A stretch of DNA of 64,000 nucleotides from a virus. The notes under the pieces are model-generated. The model was not told where the DNA came from. It was given only the letters and a program-made list of their open reading frames with translations, and did no database searches. The translations under genes were made by a program, and so were the position numbers. Positions 39,847-50,359 of this stretch are shown one piece after another. The first letter of the stretch is position 1; each line of letters opens with the position of its first letter. The stretch lies in the IMG/VR virus record IMGVR_UViG_3300023179_008905, positions 1-64,000 of that record; one strand, written 5' to 3'.

Positions 39847-40599
39847 ATGCTTACTAAGCCTGTTCTTATTATAGGTGATTCCTGTAAAGATGCCTTTATA
39901 TATTGTAAGTGCGATAGATTATGTCCAGAAGCACCTGTACCTGTGCTCGATATTATAGAAAAAAGACATAACGGAGGGATGGCTATGAACGTATTTAAAA
40001 ATTTTAAAAAGCTCTATAAAAATGTAGAAATAGTTACTAATAAAAATTGGAGCAGGATTACAAAAACCAGATATATGGATATTAAAACAAACCATATGTT
40101 TATAAGAATAGATCATTGTGAAAATAATAACTTTACCTTTAAAAATATTAAAAATAAAATTAATTTTAAAAACTATTCAGCAGTAATAATAAGCGATTAT
40201 GACAAAGGATTTTTATCTACTGAAGATATTCAATATATTTCAAAAAATCATGAATTAACTTTTTTAGATACCAAAAAGATTCTCGGCGAATGGGCTAAAA
40301 ATATTACTTTTATTAAAATTAACAGAAACGAATTTGATATTTCTTTTGATTCAATAAAACATTTACCTAATATTTTAAATAAAATTATAAAAACTCTAGG
40401 TAAAGACGGTGCAGAATATAAAAATAAAGTCTACCCTGTAAAAGAGGTTGAAATAAAAGACTTATCTGGAGCTGGAGATACATTTATTGCCAGTCTCGTA
40501 TACGGCTATTTAACAACAAGAGATATAGAAAAATCTATTGAACTTGCAAATAACCACGCCACAATAGTAGTACAAAAAAGAGGCGTCACTACCATATAG
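39847..40599 (+). CDS. RfaE/HldE-like PfkB sugar kinase
   Basis: RLCPEAPVP, TKTR, ISDYDKG, DLSGAGDTF. Confidence 0.85.
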   Translation: MLTKPVLIIGDSCKDAFIYCKCDRLCPEAPVPVLDIIEKRHNGGMAMNVFKNFKKLYKNVEIVTNKNWSRITKTRYMDIKTNHMFIRIDHCENNNFTFKNIKNKINFKNYSAVIISDYDKGFLSTEDIQYISKNHELTFLDTKKILGEWAKNITFIKINRNEFDISFDSIKHLPNILNKIIKTLGKDGAEYKNKVYPVKEVEIKDLSGAGDTFIASLVYGYLTTRDIEKSIELANNHATIVVQKRGVTTI

Positions 40600-40623
40600 T
40601 AACGCTCTCTAGGCATTTAAAAA

Positions 40624-41550
40624 ATGATAAAGATATACGTATATCCAAATGCTCGTAAACCATTTGAACATGATACCTTAGACTTTAATTATAATACTAC
40701 TGTTTTTTCTGAAAAAGGAATTAAGGATCATTGTACATTAGTATCTCCGGAAGAGGCGGAGCTATTTTATATGGGTCAAATATCCTGCGGTACATATACT
40801 GAATTTAGCGAATCTGATTTTAAATACTTAAAAAATAATTACACCAAGCACGTTGTAGAAATAGAAGGAGATTGGTATCAAAAGCGTATACCCTCCTGGC
40901 TCTTAGATTGTAACTGCGTTGGAAATGGCAATAGAACTTATTATTATCCGAGATTATTTTTTACAAGGCCTTGTTTAAGTAGATTGTTAGTTTATTTAGC
41001 AAAAAATAATATTGAATATGATATTGATTTACCGGAGCAAATTTCTTTTGGATTTATCGGTCAACATGATCCATATCATACTAGAATTAAAACTTATAAT
41101 ATTTTAAAATCTAATAACATTAATCATGAAATTTATTTTAATGAAAAATGGAGCGCTCAAGTAGATCTTAAGAAAGATAATCAAATTATACAAAATTTTG
41201 CAGGTGTTCTTAAAAGAAATATTTTATCTTTATGTCCTCGTGGAGTTGGTGAAGATAGCTCAAGGTTTTACGAAACATGTTTTTTTGGTAGAGTACCGGT
41301 CATTATAGGCCATTGTAAAATAATGGATGAAGATAAATTAGAAGATAAATTTTTTTACAGAATTAATCCTGATTTACCCGACGATAAGCTTTTAGAAGAG
41401 CTTAACAAAATTTACAGCACACCTTTAGAAGAATTAAAGAAAAAATGTTATCAAGCTAAAGAGTATTTTAATAACAATGTAAAAAAATATTTTGAAGACC
41501 CCACAAAATATTATTTAACTTTTTTAAATTTTAATGAAAAAAATAGCTAA
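40624..41550 (+). CDS. Exostosin/GT47-like glycosyltransferase
   Basis: IKIYVY, LCPRG...SRFYE...G.VPVII. Confidence 0.7.
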   Translation: MIKIYVYPNARKPFEHDTLDFNYNTTVFSEKGIKDHCTLVSPEEAELFYMGQISCGTYTEFSESDFKYLKNNYTKHVVEIEGDWYQKRIPSWLLDCNCVGNGNRTYYYPRLFFTRPCLSRLLVYLAKNNIEYDIDLPEQISFGFIGQHDPYHTRIKTYNILKSNNINHEIYFNEKWSAQVDLKKDNQIIQNFAGVLKRNILSLCPRGVGEDSSRFYETCFFGRVPVIIGHCKIMDEDKLEDKFFYRINPDLPDDKLLEELNKIYSTPLEELKKKCYQAKEYFNNNVKKYFEDPTKYYLTFLNFNEKNS

Positions 41551-42349
41551 TTTTACTCAAACATATCAAGGCGATCCTATCTGGAGCCCGGGGTGTGATA
41601 ATAAAGATAGAGAGTTTTTAATTGATGCTTTAAGATTAAACCCTGGTAAATATGACGCTATTAATTTATTAGACTATCAGACTTTTAATTTTCATAATTT
41701 AACTGAAGAAAAAAGTAAGCAATTAGCTAAAAAAATAAAAAAAGTAATACCTAACTGTCAATTTTATGTCTATCAAAATATGACATTTGGAAGTACAATA
41801 TTAAAGCATTTACAGATGTTAAGATCAAACAATATTACAGACTTTTTATGGGTACAAGATGATGAATTTTTTATACATACAAATTTTGAAGATTTTAAAA
41901 ATCTTTTAAATTATTATAGAGAAAATAAAGATTTAATGCACATTAATTTACTCTATTCTTTTCATAATAACACTCTTACTAGCCGCTATGCTACGCTAAA
42001 AAATGTTGACCCCTGTGAAGAGATCTCTATCACTAGCAATTTAAAGCTCTACAACACGCATACAGATCATTTAAAGAATGCCTCTAATTATAGAATGGAT
42101 TTTTCTGCATTTTTATGCAATATAGATTATTTTTTAAAATACATGTTTAGTGCTGCTTTTATTAATATTTTTGATGCATATAAATTAGAGAGCGCAATTA
42201 ATGAATTTAGTACTAAGAATAATATTCAGAGATATTTTACAAATATTAATTTTTTTGAATCTTTTAATATTGTCGGTATGCCGCCGTCTTTAAATAAGAG
42301 CGACGAAGCACTTACAAGGCTAAAAAATATTTGCTCACAAAATTCTTGA
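41534..42349 (+). CDS. Putative glycosyltransferase-like protein
   Basis: WVQDD DxD-like motif; last gene of the sugar cluster. Confidence 0.45.
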   Translation: MKKIANFTQTYQGDPIWSPGCDNKDREFLIDALRLNPGKYDAINLLDYQTFNFHNLTEEKSKQLAKKIKKVIPNCQFYVYQNMTFGSTILKHLQMLRSNNITDFLWVQDDEFFIHTNFEDFKNLLNYYRENKDLMHINLLYSFHNNTLTSRYATLKNVDPCEEISITSNLKLYNTHTDHLKNASNYRMDFSAFLCNIDYFLKYMFSAAFINIFDAYKLESAINEFSTKNNIQRYFTNINFFESFNIVGMPPSLNKSDEALTRLKNICSQNS

Positions 42350-42379
42350 TATTTAAAAATTACTTTATATAATAGATTT

Positions 42380-42967
42380 ATGATTATTACGGATATTAAA
42401 TGTTATGATGGCAAGCTTTTGCATTCAAGATTTGCATATAAATTTTTTAGAGAAAAAACTCTTCCTATAGGTAATATAATTGCTTTTCGCGCTCCTATGA
42501 AGGTAGAGACGGAGGGAATGATTGATAGCGAGGATGTACTTAACAATGATTTTATTTATAGTGATGATGCGATAAACTTTTTGTGGGAAATTCCTAACCT
42601 TGATGCATTCGGAGCTGTTGCATACCAGCGCTTATTAAACACTCAGATTGCAAATATACTAAGTACAAAATATTTAAATGCGCCAATTGAGGTTGACGGT
42701 GATGATCTAATTGTTCACAAAGAACACACCCAAGGTGGTGTTACGCAGACAAAAGGTAAGTGCTCAGTAAGCATTACATATACAAAGAATAACGTAGCTC
42801 TGGGTCATACAGGAATTAATGTTACCGCAGGTAAAAAAGCCCCTGCATTTGCTTATTCTACTAATTTAACAGAAGAGCAAGCAAACTTATTTATGAGAGA
42901 AATAATAGAGTTATTTTATACTATAAATGATGATATTTTTATTGCTACATCAAAAGTTATTAGTTAA
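42380..42967 (+). CDS. DUF366-like protein (BPL/LplA fold)
   Basis: YDG..LH, VDGDDL, KCSVSI, HTGINV; promoter TTGATA-16-TATAAT-6 nt-ATG at 42346-42373. Confidence 0.6.
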   Translation: MIITDIKCYDGKLLHSRFAYKFFREKTLPIGNIIAFRAPMKVETEGMIDSEDVLNNDFIYSDDAINFLWEIPNLDAFGAVAYQRLLNTQIANILSTKYLNAPIEVDGDDLIVHKEHTQGGVTQTKGKCSVSITYTKNNVALGHTGINVTAGKKAPAFAYSTNLTEEQANLFMREIIELFYTINDDIFIATSKVIS

Positions 42968-43347
42968 TGACTATATTTGACTTTATATCAAATATTCTTT
43001 TTACTAAAAAACAAAAATTTTTAGACAATATTGATAGTGCGTCTGAATTTTCGCCTTTTATTTTAAATAGGTGGATAAGTATGTATTCACCAGAAATAGT
43101 ACCGCTATGTAATGCTATTAATCGATATTTAGGAGTTTTTGAAAATAAGACAGAATTGTATTCTTTGTTTTTTTCAGTTTTTAATAAGCAACCTTCTAAA
43201 AAAATTAATTATTTTAAAAAAAATAAAGAACAAAAACAAGAGAACAATGATCTAGATCTTTATAAAAAAATAGCTAATTCAAAAGAACTCTCCTTTAGAG
43301 AAATAAAAGAATACGTTGAATTATATAAAGATATAGCTAAATCTTAA
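42967..43347 (+). CDS. gp62: Clamp loader small subunit (gp62-like)
   Basis: IFDFI..I..K, FSPFILNRWISM. Confidence 0.7.
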   Translation: MTIFDFISNILFTKKQKFLDNIDSASEFSPFILNRWISMYSPEIVPLCNAINRYLGVFENKTELYSLFFSVFNKQPSKKINYFKKNKEQKQENNDLDLYKKIANSKELSFREIKEYVELYKDIAKS

Positions 43348-43348
43348 T

Positions 43349-43804
43349 ATGCCTGCAGATATTGATTTGTTGCCTGTTCATAAAAGTTTAATAGATCTAT
43401 CAGAATTACCAAAAAATTCCTTTAATTCAGTTTTTTATGGTTATAATCTTAAAACTGTATTAGATGATGTATTACTTGTAAAGTATGTCGATGAAACGGA
43501 AGATGGTTCCTCTATAGTGAGAAAAGGAATAGTTATACCTATAAATGCAGATACTAAAGCTTGGCGAATTGGTGAAGTTATTTTGGCTGGGCCTAATACA
43601 AAATATGTTAAGAAAGGAGATCATGTTTGCTTTCCTAACAATTTAGGAGTACCAGTAGCAAATTTAGATATTGATGGTTATGGTAATTTAAAGAAGGGAT
43701 TATTTCTTAATGAACAGCGCATTTTTGGTATTTGCTCCATAAGAAAAGACGATGAAAGTGTCGCTACCCACATTAAAAAATCTTCTTCTAAGCAACGTAG
43801 CTGA
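43349..43804 (+). CDS. GroES/gp31-like co-chaperonin
   Basis: GIVIP, GEVILAGP, VKKGDHV, LNEQRIFG. Confidence 0.75.
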   Translation: MPADIDLLPVHKSLIDLSELPKNSFNSVFYGYNLKTVLDDVLLVKYVDETEDGSSIVRKGIVIPINADTKAWRIGEVILAGPNTKYVKKGDHVCFPNNLGVPVANLDIDGYGNLKKGLFLNEQRIFGICSIRKDDESVATHIKKSSSKQRS

Positions 43805-44129
43805 AATTAAATTCTTGAGAAGACGTCCTAAAGCCGGCGCGCCTTCAACAAGAAGAATGCTATGTACGAACTCACTTCAACTTTTAAGCAGCCCGGAAGG
43901 AAGAATTGCTTTAAACTACCGTAGAGCAATTAACATGCCCAGGTATAACCCGGAAGCTAAAACACTTTTAATTACATGGGATATCTTTATGCAAGACTAT
44001 CGCTGTGTAAATATGTCCGCATGTGATTTAATTAATATTATTCCTGCAAATAAATCTTTTTGGTCTTTTTTTAATCAGCGCTTAGCACTAATGTCAACAG
44101 ATCAAAAAGTAAGGTTTATGAACTCATGA
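43752..44129 (+). CDS. Hypothetical protein (WYL/SH3-like)
   Basis: F.RR...RRMLCT, WDI..QDYR. Confidence 0.55.
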   Translation: MKVSLPTLKNLLLSNVAEIKFLRRRPKAGAPSTRRMLCTNSLQLLSSPEGRIALNYRRAINMPRYNPEAKTLLITWDIFMQDYRCVNMSACDLINIIPANKSFWSFFNQRLALMSTDQKVRFMNS

Positions 44130-44473
44130 CATCTATAGAGGAAATAGAAAAAATATTCTCAACATTTTTGCAAAAAACATTAATGTTTCAACTTGAACAC
44201 AAAACTCTTAAAAAAGGTAGATTATTGCTTTTTTGCGTAAAGGATTTCTTTTGTACTTTTACTTTGCTTTGCGAAGAAAAAAATAATAAAAAAATTATTT
44301 ACGAAATACCCTATCCTTTTGGTATTATAGCATCTGAAAATAAATTAATTTTTGACTATACCTTAAAGCGATTTAGTAGAAATAATTCAGAGTTAGAATC
44401 TTGTGTTAAGCAAATAATGCCAGATAAACCATCAAAGATTTTTAATAAAAAAATAACAATTACAGCACTTTAA
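44126..44473 (+). CDS. Hypothetical protein
   Basis: ATGA-coupled ORF. Confidence 0.55.
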   Translation: MTSIEEIEKIFSTFLQKTLMFQLEHKTLKKGRLLLFCVKDFFCTFTLLCEEKNNKKIIYEIPYPFGIIASENKLIFDYTLKRFSRNNSELESCVKQIMPDKPSKIFNKKITITAL

Positions 44474-44501
44474 TTTGCAAATTTTTAGTATATAATAAAG
44501 T

Positions 44502-46133
44502 GTGTTTAGTAGATATATTCAGCATTTTCCTAAAGAGTATAATCCAAGCACTAGTCAGGTAAAACTAATACGCGGCGTTGAAAAAGCATTTAATAGTGGA
44601 AAAAAATTTGTTATTTGTTGTGCTCCAACAGGAACAGGTAAAAGCTTTTTAGCAAAAACGCTATCCGGATTAAGTTCGTCACCTACTAGTAAATTTGTTA
44701 ATAATATTGAAACCTACTCTGCTTTTAAACAAGATTTTTCCGGTAATTACATAAATGAAATAGATTGTATATCTCAACCACCTTTTGGTACTTTTGCGCT
44801 AACGATTACCAAGTCTTTACAAGATCAATATTTAAACCTTTTTCCTGATACCGATATATTAAAAGGCAAATCGAACTATCTTTGCGATATAGACCAAAAT
44901 TTTGATGTTGAAACCGCTCCATGTGTTCTTGTTCCAAAAATAAAAGAAGATTGCTGGGAGAAAAATCGCTGCCCTTATTTTAATGCTAGAAATTCTGCAA
45001 TACTTTCAAAGTTTGCAGTTTTAAATTATAAGATGTTTTTATCCTTACCGAATCATGTAAAGAGAAAAAACTTTATTATTTGTGATGAGGCATCTGAATT
45101 AGAGGATGAATTAGTAAAGCAATTTTCTGCTGAAGTAAATTATGATAGACTTCGTGCTTACGGTATAGACATATCTACCCTTTTAACAGAAAATAGAGAT
45201 AAAACGCGTTCATGGCTTTATGAATTAATATTTTTAATAAGTGAAAAGATAAATCAAACTATTAATAAAGTCAATAAAAAGCAAAGAACATTCTCACAGC
45301 CGGAAAAAATAAAAATACAATACCTTAAAAATGTTCATAGCGCTCTTACTACTGTAGATACATTATGGCGTGACTGCGAATTTGTTATTGATAGAGATGT
45401 AAAAAAGGTTTTATTTACTCCTCTTAAAGTAAGCAAACTTACAAAATATATTTTTGATTTTGCAGATAATATTCTCTTAATGTCGGCAACTATTATTGAT
45501 CATAAAAATTTTGCAAAAACGCTAGGTATAACAGACTATGAATATGTAGAGGTGGAAAGCGGGTTTGATCCCGAAAAATCTCCCATCTATGTATCATCAA
45601 AAAATAAATTAAACTATAAAAACTTAACGCACGTTTTACCAGCTATATGTGATCAAATTAATACTATTATCGAACATCACAAGACAGAAAAAGGTATTAT
45701 ACATACACATTCCCGAGATATTACAAATTTTATAAAACTTAGGTTGGGAAGTAATAAAAGATTTTTATTTCGTGATGAACAGGCTAATAATGAAAACATC
45801 TTAAAAGAACATTTTAGTACAGACGAGCCAACTATCCTAGTATCACCTTCCCTTGCATTTGGGGTTGATCTAAAAGATCATTTAGCGCGCTTTCAAATTG
45901 TAATTAAACTTCCGTTTCCACCTCTTTCTTCAAAATATATTAAAAAGCTTTTTGAGGTAGATAAAAATTGGTATGAAAATAAAATGCTTAACGCACTAGT
46001 ACAGGCGTGTGGAAGAGCAACACGAAGTAAAGATGACTTCTCTACGACATATATTTTGGATGGAAACGCTTCTAATACATTAAAGCGTGTAAAATCTAAG
46101 CTTCCAAAATACTTTATTGACCGTATATGTTAA
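44502..46133 (+). CDS. DinG/XPD-like helicase
   Basis: APTGTGKS, LKGKSNYLC Cys cluster, CDEAS, MSAT, KLPFP, QACGRATR. Confidence 0.85.
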   Translation: MFSRYIQHFPKEYNPSTSQVKLIRGVEKAFNSGKKFVICCAPTGTGKSFLAKTLSGLSSSPTSKFVNNIETYSAFKQDFSGNYINEIDCISQPPFGTFALTITKSLQDQYLNLFPDTDILKGKSNYLCDIDQNFDVETAPCVLVPKIKEDCWEKNRCPYFNARNSAILSKFAVLNYKMFLSLPNHVKRKNFIICDEASELEDELVKQFSAEVNYDRLRAYGIDISTLLTENRDKTRSWLYELIFLISEKINQTINKVNKKQRTFSQPEKIKIQYLKNVHSALTTVDTLWRDCEFVIDRDVKKVLFTPLKVSKLTKYIFDFADNILLMSATIIDHKNFAKTLGITDYEYVEVESGFDPEKSPIYVSSKNKLNYKNLTHVLPAICDQINTIIEHHKTEKGIIHTHSRDITNFIKLRLGSNKRFLFRDEQANNENILKEHFSTDEPTILVSPSLAFGVDLKDHLARFQIVIKLPFPPLSSKYIKKLFEVDKNWYENKMLNALVQACGRATRSKDDFSTTYILDGNASNTLKRVKSKLPKYFIDRIC

Positions 46134-46144
46134 TAAATAATTAA

Positions 46145-46954
46145 GTGAAGAATGAGACGTTTCACTTTGAGATAAAAGATCTGCTTACACAATTTGTAGC
46201 AGCTTTTGATGATATTATTATTAAAAGATTTGATAATAATAGGAGTGCACAACAAAAGGTACAAGTAAGATATGTTTATGCTCCAAAGCAAAGAGTAATA
46301 TATGATTTAGTTAATAAAGCTCAAAATTTAACTGTACCTGTAATAGCTATTAATATTAATAGCGTAAGTCGCGATGAAACTAGAGTTTTTAATAAACTTG
46401 CAGGTTTTTATGTCTCTCGAGGTCTAAGTGAAACAGACACCAAGCTAATATCACAATTTTATAGAACCCCGGTGCCTGTTAATATTCAAATTAACATGTC
46501 AATATTAACAAAATTTCAAACTGATATGGATCAAATTATATCTAATTTTGTACCTTACAGTAATCCTTACATCATACTGTCGTGGAAAGTACCGAAAGAT
46601 ATTCTAGGCAATTCAGTACCTCAAGAAATTAGAAGTGAAGTTCTATGGGATGGTGGTATAACTCTTTCCTATCCTACGGATATAAATGCTAATGAAAAAT
46701 ATAGAATAGTCGGTGATACAGCATTTACTATTAAGGGTTGGTTATTTCCGTATGCATCTAACCCTGCAGGCAACATTTATACTATAAATGCTAATTTCTA
46801 CAATTCTAGAATAGTAACTGATTACGAATCTTTATCCGGAGATACATACATGTACCCTGTAAGTACTAATTTAATAAATGAAAAAGAATCTATACTTTTA
46901 AAAGGTAATCCTGAACTAACAGGTATAGAATACATTAATATAGAATACATATAA
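46145..46954 (+). CDS. gp15: Tail terminator/sheath stabiliser (gp15-like)
   Basis: FDDIIIKRF, YAPKQR, PVPVNI, FTIKGWLF; TAAATA 5 nt before GTG. Confidence 0.75.
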   Translation: MKNETFHFEIKDLLTQFVAAFDDIIIKRFDNNRSAQQKVQVRYVYAPKQRVIYDLVNKAQNLTVPVIAININSVSRDETRVFNKLAGFYVSRGLSETDTKLISQFYRTPVPVNIQINMSILTKFQTDMDQIISNFVPYSNPYIILSWKVPKDILGNSVPQEIRSEVLWDGGITLSYPTDINANEKYRIVGDTAFTIKGWLFPYASNPAGNIYTINANFYNSRIVTDYESLSGDTYMYPVSTNLINEKESILLKGNPELTGIEYINIEYI

Positions 46955-46997
46955 TATTAGTTTAAGTTTGCTTAATGTATTATAAATAATATATCAT

Positions 46998-48794
46998 ATG
47001 GCTGATCCAAATAGGGAAAGTACGTTCGGTAGAGATTTAATGAAGTTTATTTCGTCTAAGCTTCCCTACCAGTCTGTTAGTGTTCAAGATAAAATTAAAG
47101 CTTTAAATCCAAAGTATGAGGAATTCTATGATAAAGGTACAAAACGAGATGAGGCATTATCACGTCAATCAATTTCATCATCTTTAACATTTACAGATGA
47201 TTTATACGCGAATGTTGTACAGAACAAAGACTATCATAATTTCATGTATGCCAATATACAGCCGGATAAAGGTCGTAGGTTAGTTGATTACAGAGTGATG
47301 GCTGCTTTTTCTGAAGTAGCAGACGCGCTAGATGAAATATGTGATGAGTTTATAAATGTAGATGATAACGGTAATATTGTAAAATTAAAATTTAAGTCCT
47401 CTGGTCTATCGGATGAACAGGAAGAAAAAATAAGAAAAGAATTTCAAAAATATATAGGTTTTTTTGATCTAGAAAATAAAGGGTGGGAATACTTGAGACA
47501 GCTTCTAGTTGATGCAGAAGTATATTTTGAACATATAGTTCATAAAAAGTATCCTCAAGAAGGTATTTTAGGTGTTGTATTAGTACCTTCAGATATTATT
47601 GATCCGGTTTTTGAAAATGTACAAAATCAAATTGTCCGTGGATATTTACTAAGAAAAAATATTTATGACCCTAAAAACCCTGGTAAAGTAGCTAAAGTCG
47701 AGCTAGTTCCTCTCGACATTAATCAAGTATCCTATATCAATTCAGGCATATGGAATGAGACTAAAACAATTCGGCTTCCGTTCATTGAAAATGCACGACG
47801 TGCATACAGACAACTTTCTCTTATAGAAGATTCTATCGTAATTTATCGCTTAGTACGTGCACCAGAGCGTTTAGTATTTAACGTTGATGTGGGTAATATG
47901 CCGCCACCAAAAGCAGAAGCTTATCTAAAGAAGCTTATGCAAAATTATTGGTCTCGTAGAACATATGATGCCGATCAAGGCGCAACAGTACAAAAATTTA
48001 ATCCTCAATCTATGTTGGATAGTTTTTGGTTTGCTAAAAGAACAGGTAGTACAGGAACAGAAGTACAACAATTACCTGGCGGTCAAAATTTAGGTGAGCT
48101 TACCGACTTAATGTATTTTGTACAAAAACTATATAAGTCGCTAAAAGTACCTGTTACGCGCTTAAATGTCGAAGACGTCTTTAAGGACGGAACTGACATT
48201 CTTCGCGAAGAATTAAAATTTGCAAGGTTTATTATTCGCTTACAACAAAGATTTGCTGCAGGTTTAAAGCCAGGTTTTATTACACATCTCAAACTTAAAA
48301 AATTCTGGGATGAATTAAAATTAAAAGAAACAGATTTTGAGCTTGTATTTAATGTACCTACTAACTTCTATGAGTTAAGAGAAAATCAAAAGTTCCAGCT
48401 TAAAGCAGAAAACTTTAATAGCATTACTCAAAGTGATCTAGTTTCTAAGACATTTGCACAAAAGAAATATCTTGGATGGTCGGAAACAGATATGATGGCT
48501 AATAGAGAGTTTCTACGTAAGGATAGAGAATTACTTTGGGAATTAGACCAAATTACTAATGGTGGTCCAAACTGGAGAGAGCTTGGAGCAGTTGCGCCTG
48601 GTCAAGGCGGTGGAGCGGGTGAAGCTGGTGGTGGTGGCGGAGGTGGTGGAGGTGGTTCTGCACTACCTCCTCAATTTGGCCCTGCTCCTGGGCCGGCAGG
48701 CGGAGCTACCGGTGCTGAAGGCGGAGGGCCCGCTGGCGCCGAGGGTGGTGCTGCAGGCGGTGCAGCAGCTGCTCCTGGCGCGCCAACAGCTTAA
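46998..48794 (+). CDS. gp20: Portal protein (gp20)
   Basis: IYRLVRAPERLVFNVDVGNMP, LPGGQNLGE, LYKSLKVP; Gly/Ala/Pro-rich C-terminal tail. Confidence 0.96.
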   Translation: MADPNRESTFGRDLMKFISSKLPYQSVSVQDKIKALNPKYEEFYDKGTKRDEALSRQSISSSLTFTDDLYANVVQNKDYHNFMYANIQPDKGRRLVDYRVMAAFSEVADALDEICDEFINVDDNGNIVKLKFKSSGLSDEQEEKIRKEFQKYIGFFDLENKGWEYLRQLLVDAEVYFEHIVHKKYPQEGILGVVLVPSDIIDPVFENVQNQIVRGYLLRKNIYDPKNPGKVAKVELVPLDINQVSYINSGIWNETKTIRLPFIENARRAYRQLSLIEDSIVIYRLVRAPERLVFNVDVGNMPPPKAEAYLKKLMQNYWSRRTYDADQGATVQKFNPQSMLDSFWFAKRTGSTGTEVQQLPGGQNLGELTDLMYFVQKLYKSLKVPVTRLNVEDVFKDGTDILREELKFARFIIRLQQRFAAGLKPGFITHLKLKKFWDELKLKETDFELVFNVPTNFYELRENQKFQLKAENFNSITQSDLVSKTFAQKKYLGWSETDMMANREFLRKDRELLWELDQITNGGPNWRELGAVAPGQGGGAGEAGGGGGGGGGGSALPPQFGPAPGPAGGATGAEGGGPAGAEGGAAGGAAAAPGAPTA

Positions 48795-48824
48795 TAATAT
48801 ATTCTATTGATATAAATAATAGAT

Positions 48825-49901
48825 ATGGACTGTTTAGAAGTAACACCAATAACAGCGTTTCAGAGTACTAATCTAGCTAGTAAGATAGATACATTTACTA
48901 GACTTGGAGATAGAATAGTACGCGCTATGGGCGCACCTTTAATTAATTTAGAAATACATCATGATCAATTGTTTGAAAATATTTCTATTGCATGTGAGAT
49001 GTTTTCAAAATTTGCCGGCTATACAGAAGAAATTTTAGTTTTTGATTCAAATCTTTACATAGATAATGTAGGTGTTAGATTAGATCAGCTCTATACAGTA
49101 ACTCCTTATTTTAATAAAACTATAACTACAGCTTCAACAGTCTATGTTGCAAATAATTCATTACCTGCAAGTACATTCTCAACATCGCCTCTTCTATCTT
49201 CCGAATATAAAGATGGTATTTTTAAGAATCAAATATTAACTGAAACAAAATATCTAAGTGTTATTAATTTTGATGGTACATTAGCTATTAATTTTGCCCC
49301 TTCTAATTCTCAAGAACAGAAATTTGTTAACAGTTTTGATTATGATATTATGGATTATAGAAAAGTTATTGATGTAATAGATTTTGAAGAGGGTACTAGT
49401 ACTGGTGTTAATACTCTATTTACCATTGAGCAAACGCTTGCTCAACAAACATATTTTAGCTATGCAATGGGTAATTATGGGTTTGATTTAATAAGCTGGT
49501 ACGTTTTAAAAAATTGGTTAAAAGATAGGGAAAAACTTTTAGCAATTAGACGATATATTCAATTTGATGATAGAACACAATATTTAACTATGTACCCACC
49601 TCCTAGAACACCGGGATCAGGATCAAGGTTTTATGGGGTAGTAAATTGCTATGTTGAAAGGCGTTTAAGAGATATTATAAAAGAGCCTTGGGTATATCAA
49701 TATGCCCTTGCATTATCTAAGATTGCCATAGGTAATGTAAGAGGCAAGTACACCGGTACCACAATGTTTGGTGGTGGTCAAATTAATTATAATGATTTAC
49801 TAACTCAAGGATTAAGAGAAAAAGAAGAGCTAGAAAAAAAGCTATTCGAAGGTGCACCCGGGTTTGGTGATGCTTCACCACCTTCTTTCTTTGTTGGATA
49901 A
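48825..49901 (+). CDS. gp13: Neck protein (gp13-like)
   Basis: GAPLINLE, WVYQYALA..K...G..RGKY...GG.QIN. Confidence 0.82.
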   Translation: MDCLEVTPITAFQSTNLASKIDTFTRLGDRIVRAMGAPLINLEIHHDQLFENISIACEMFSKFAGYTEEILVFDSNLYIDNVGVRLDQLYTVTPYFNKTITTASTVYVANNSLPASTFSTSPLLSSEYKDGIFKNQILTETKYLSVINFDGTLAINFAPSNSQEQKFVNSFDYDIMDYRKVIDVIDFEEGTSTGVNTLFTIEQTLAQQTYFSYAMGNYGFDLISWYVLKNWLKDREKLLAIRRYIQFDDRTQYLTMYPPPRTPGSGSRFYGVVNCYVERRLRDIIKEPWVYQYALALSKIAIGNVRGKYTGTTMFGGGQINYNDLLTQGLREKEELEKKLFEGAPGFGDASPPSFFVG

Positions 49902-50359
49902 TGATACCTCTAAATAGTTCTGATAAATTTAGACAAGGTATTTTTAGACCAAAAAATCTAAAAAAATATATTGGTAAGTCATTACCCGTCTATAGGTCAG
50001 GATGGGAGCTTAGATTTTTTAGATGGTGCGATGAGAATACAAATGTATTAGAATGGGCATCTGAAGCAATAGTTATACCTTACATAAACCCCGTAGACGG
50101 TAAAGCACATAGATATTTTACTGATGGTGTTATTGCTTTAAAAGAAGGAGAAAAAATTAAAAAATATATTGTTGAAATCAAGCCCAGCTCTCAAACAGTA
50201 AAGCCTGTACCCGGAAAAAAACGTCAATCTACTATATTATATGAAACGGCTAGATATATTCAAAACCAAGCTAAATGGACAGCAGCAAAAAAATGGTGCG
50301 ATGCTAGAAGTTACTCCTTTTTAATATTGACTGAGAAAGAGCTGGGATTAAGTAGATAG
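49901..50359 (+). CDS. gp4: Head completion nuclease (gp4-like, TnsA fold)
   Basis: YRSGWE, WASE, HRYF.D, VEIKP, NQAKW, ILTEKEL. Confidence 0.88.
   Translation: MIPLNSSDKFRQGIFRPKNLKKYIGKSLPVYRSGWELRFFRWCDENTNVLEWASEAIVIPYINPVDGKAHRYFTDGVIALKEGEKIKKYIVEIKPSSQTVKPVPGKKRQSTILYETARYIQNQAKWTAAKKWCDARSYSFLILTEKELGLSR

Noticed and set aside
48595-48790. GC-rich island at the end of gp20
   Set aside because: Explained by in-frame Gly/Ala/Pro codons of the portal tail; the overlapping ORF 48559-48810 is a by-product
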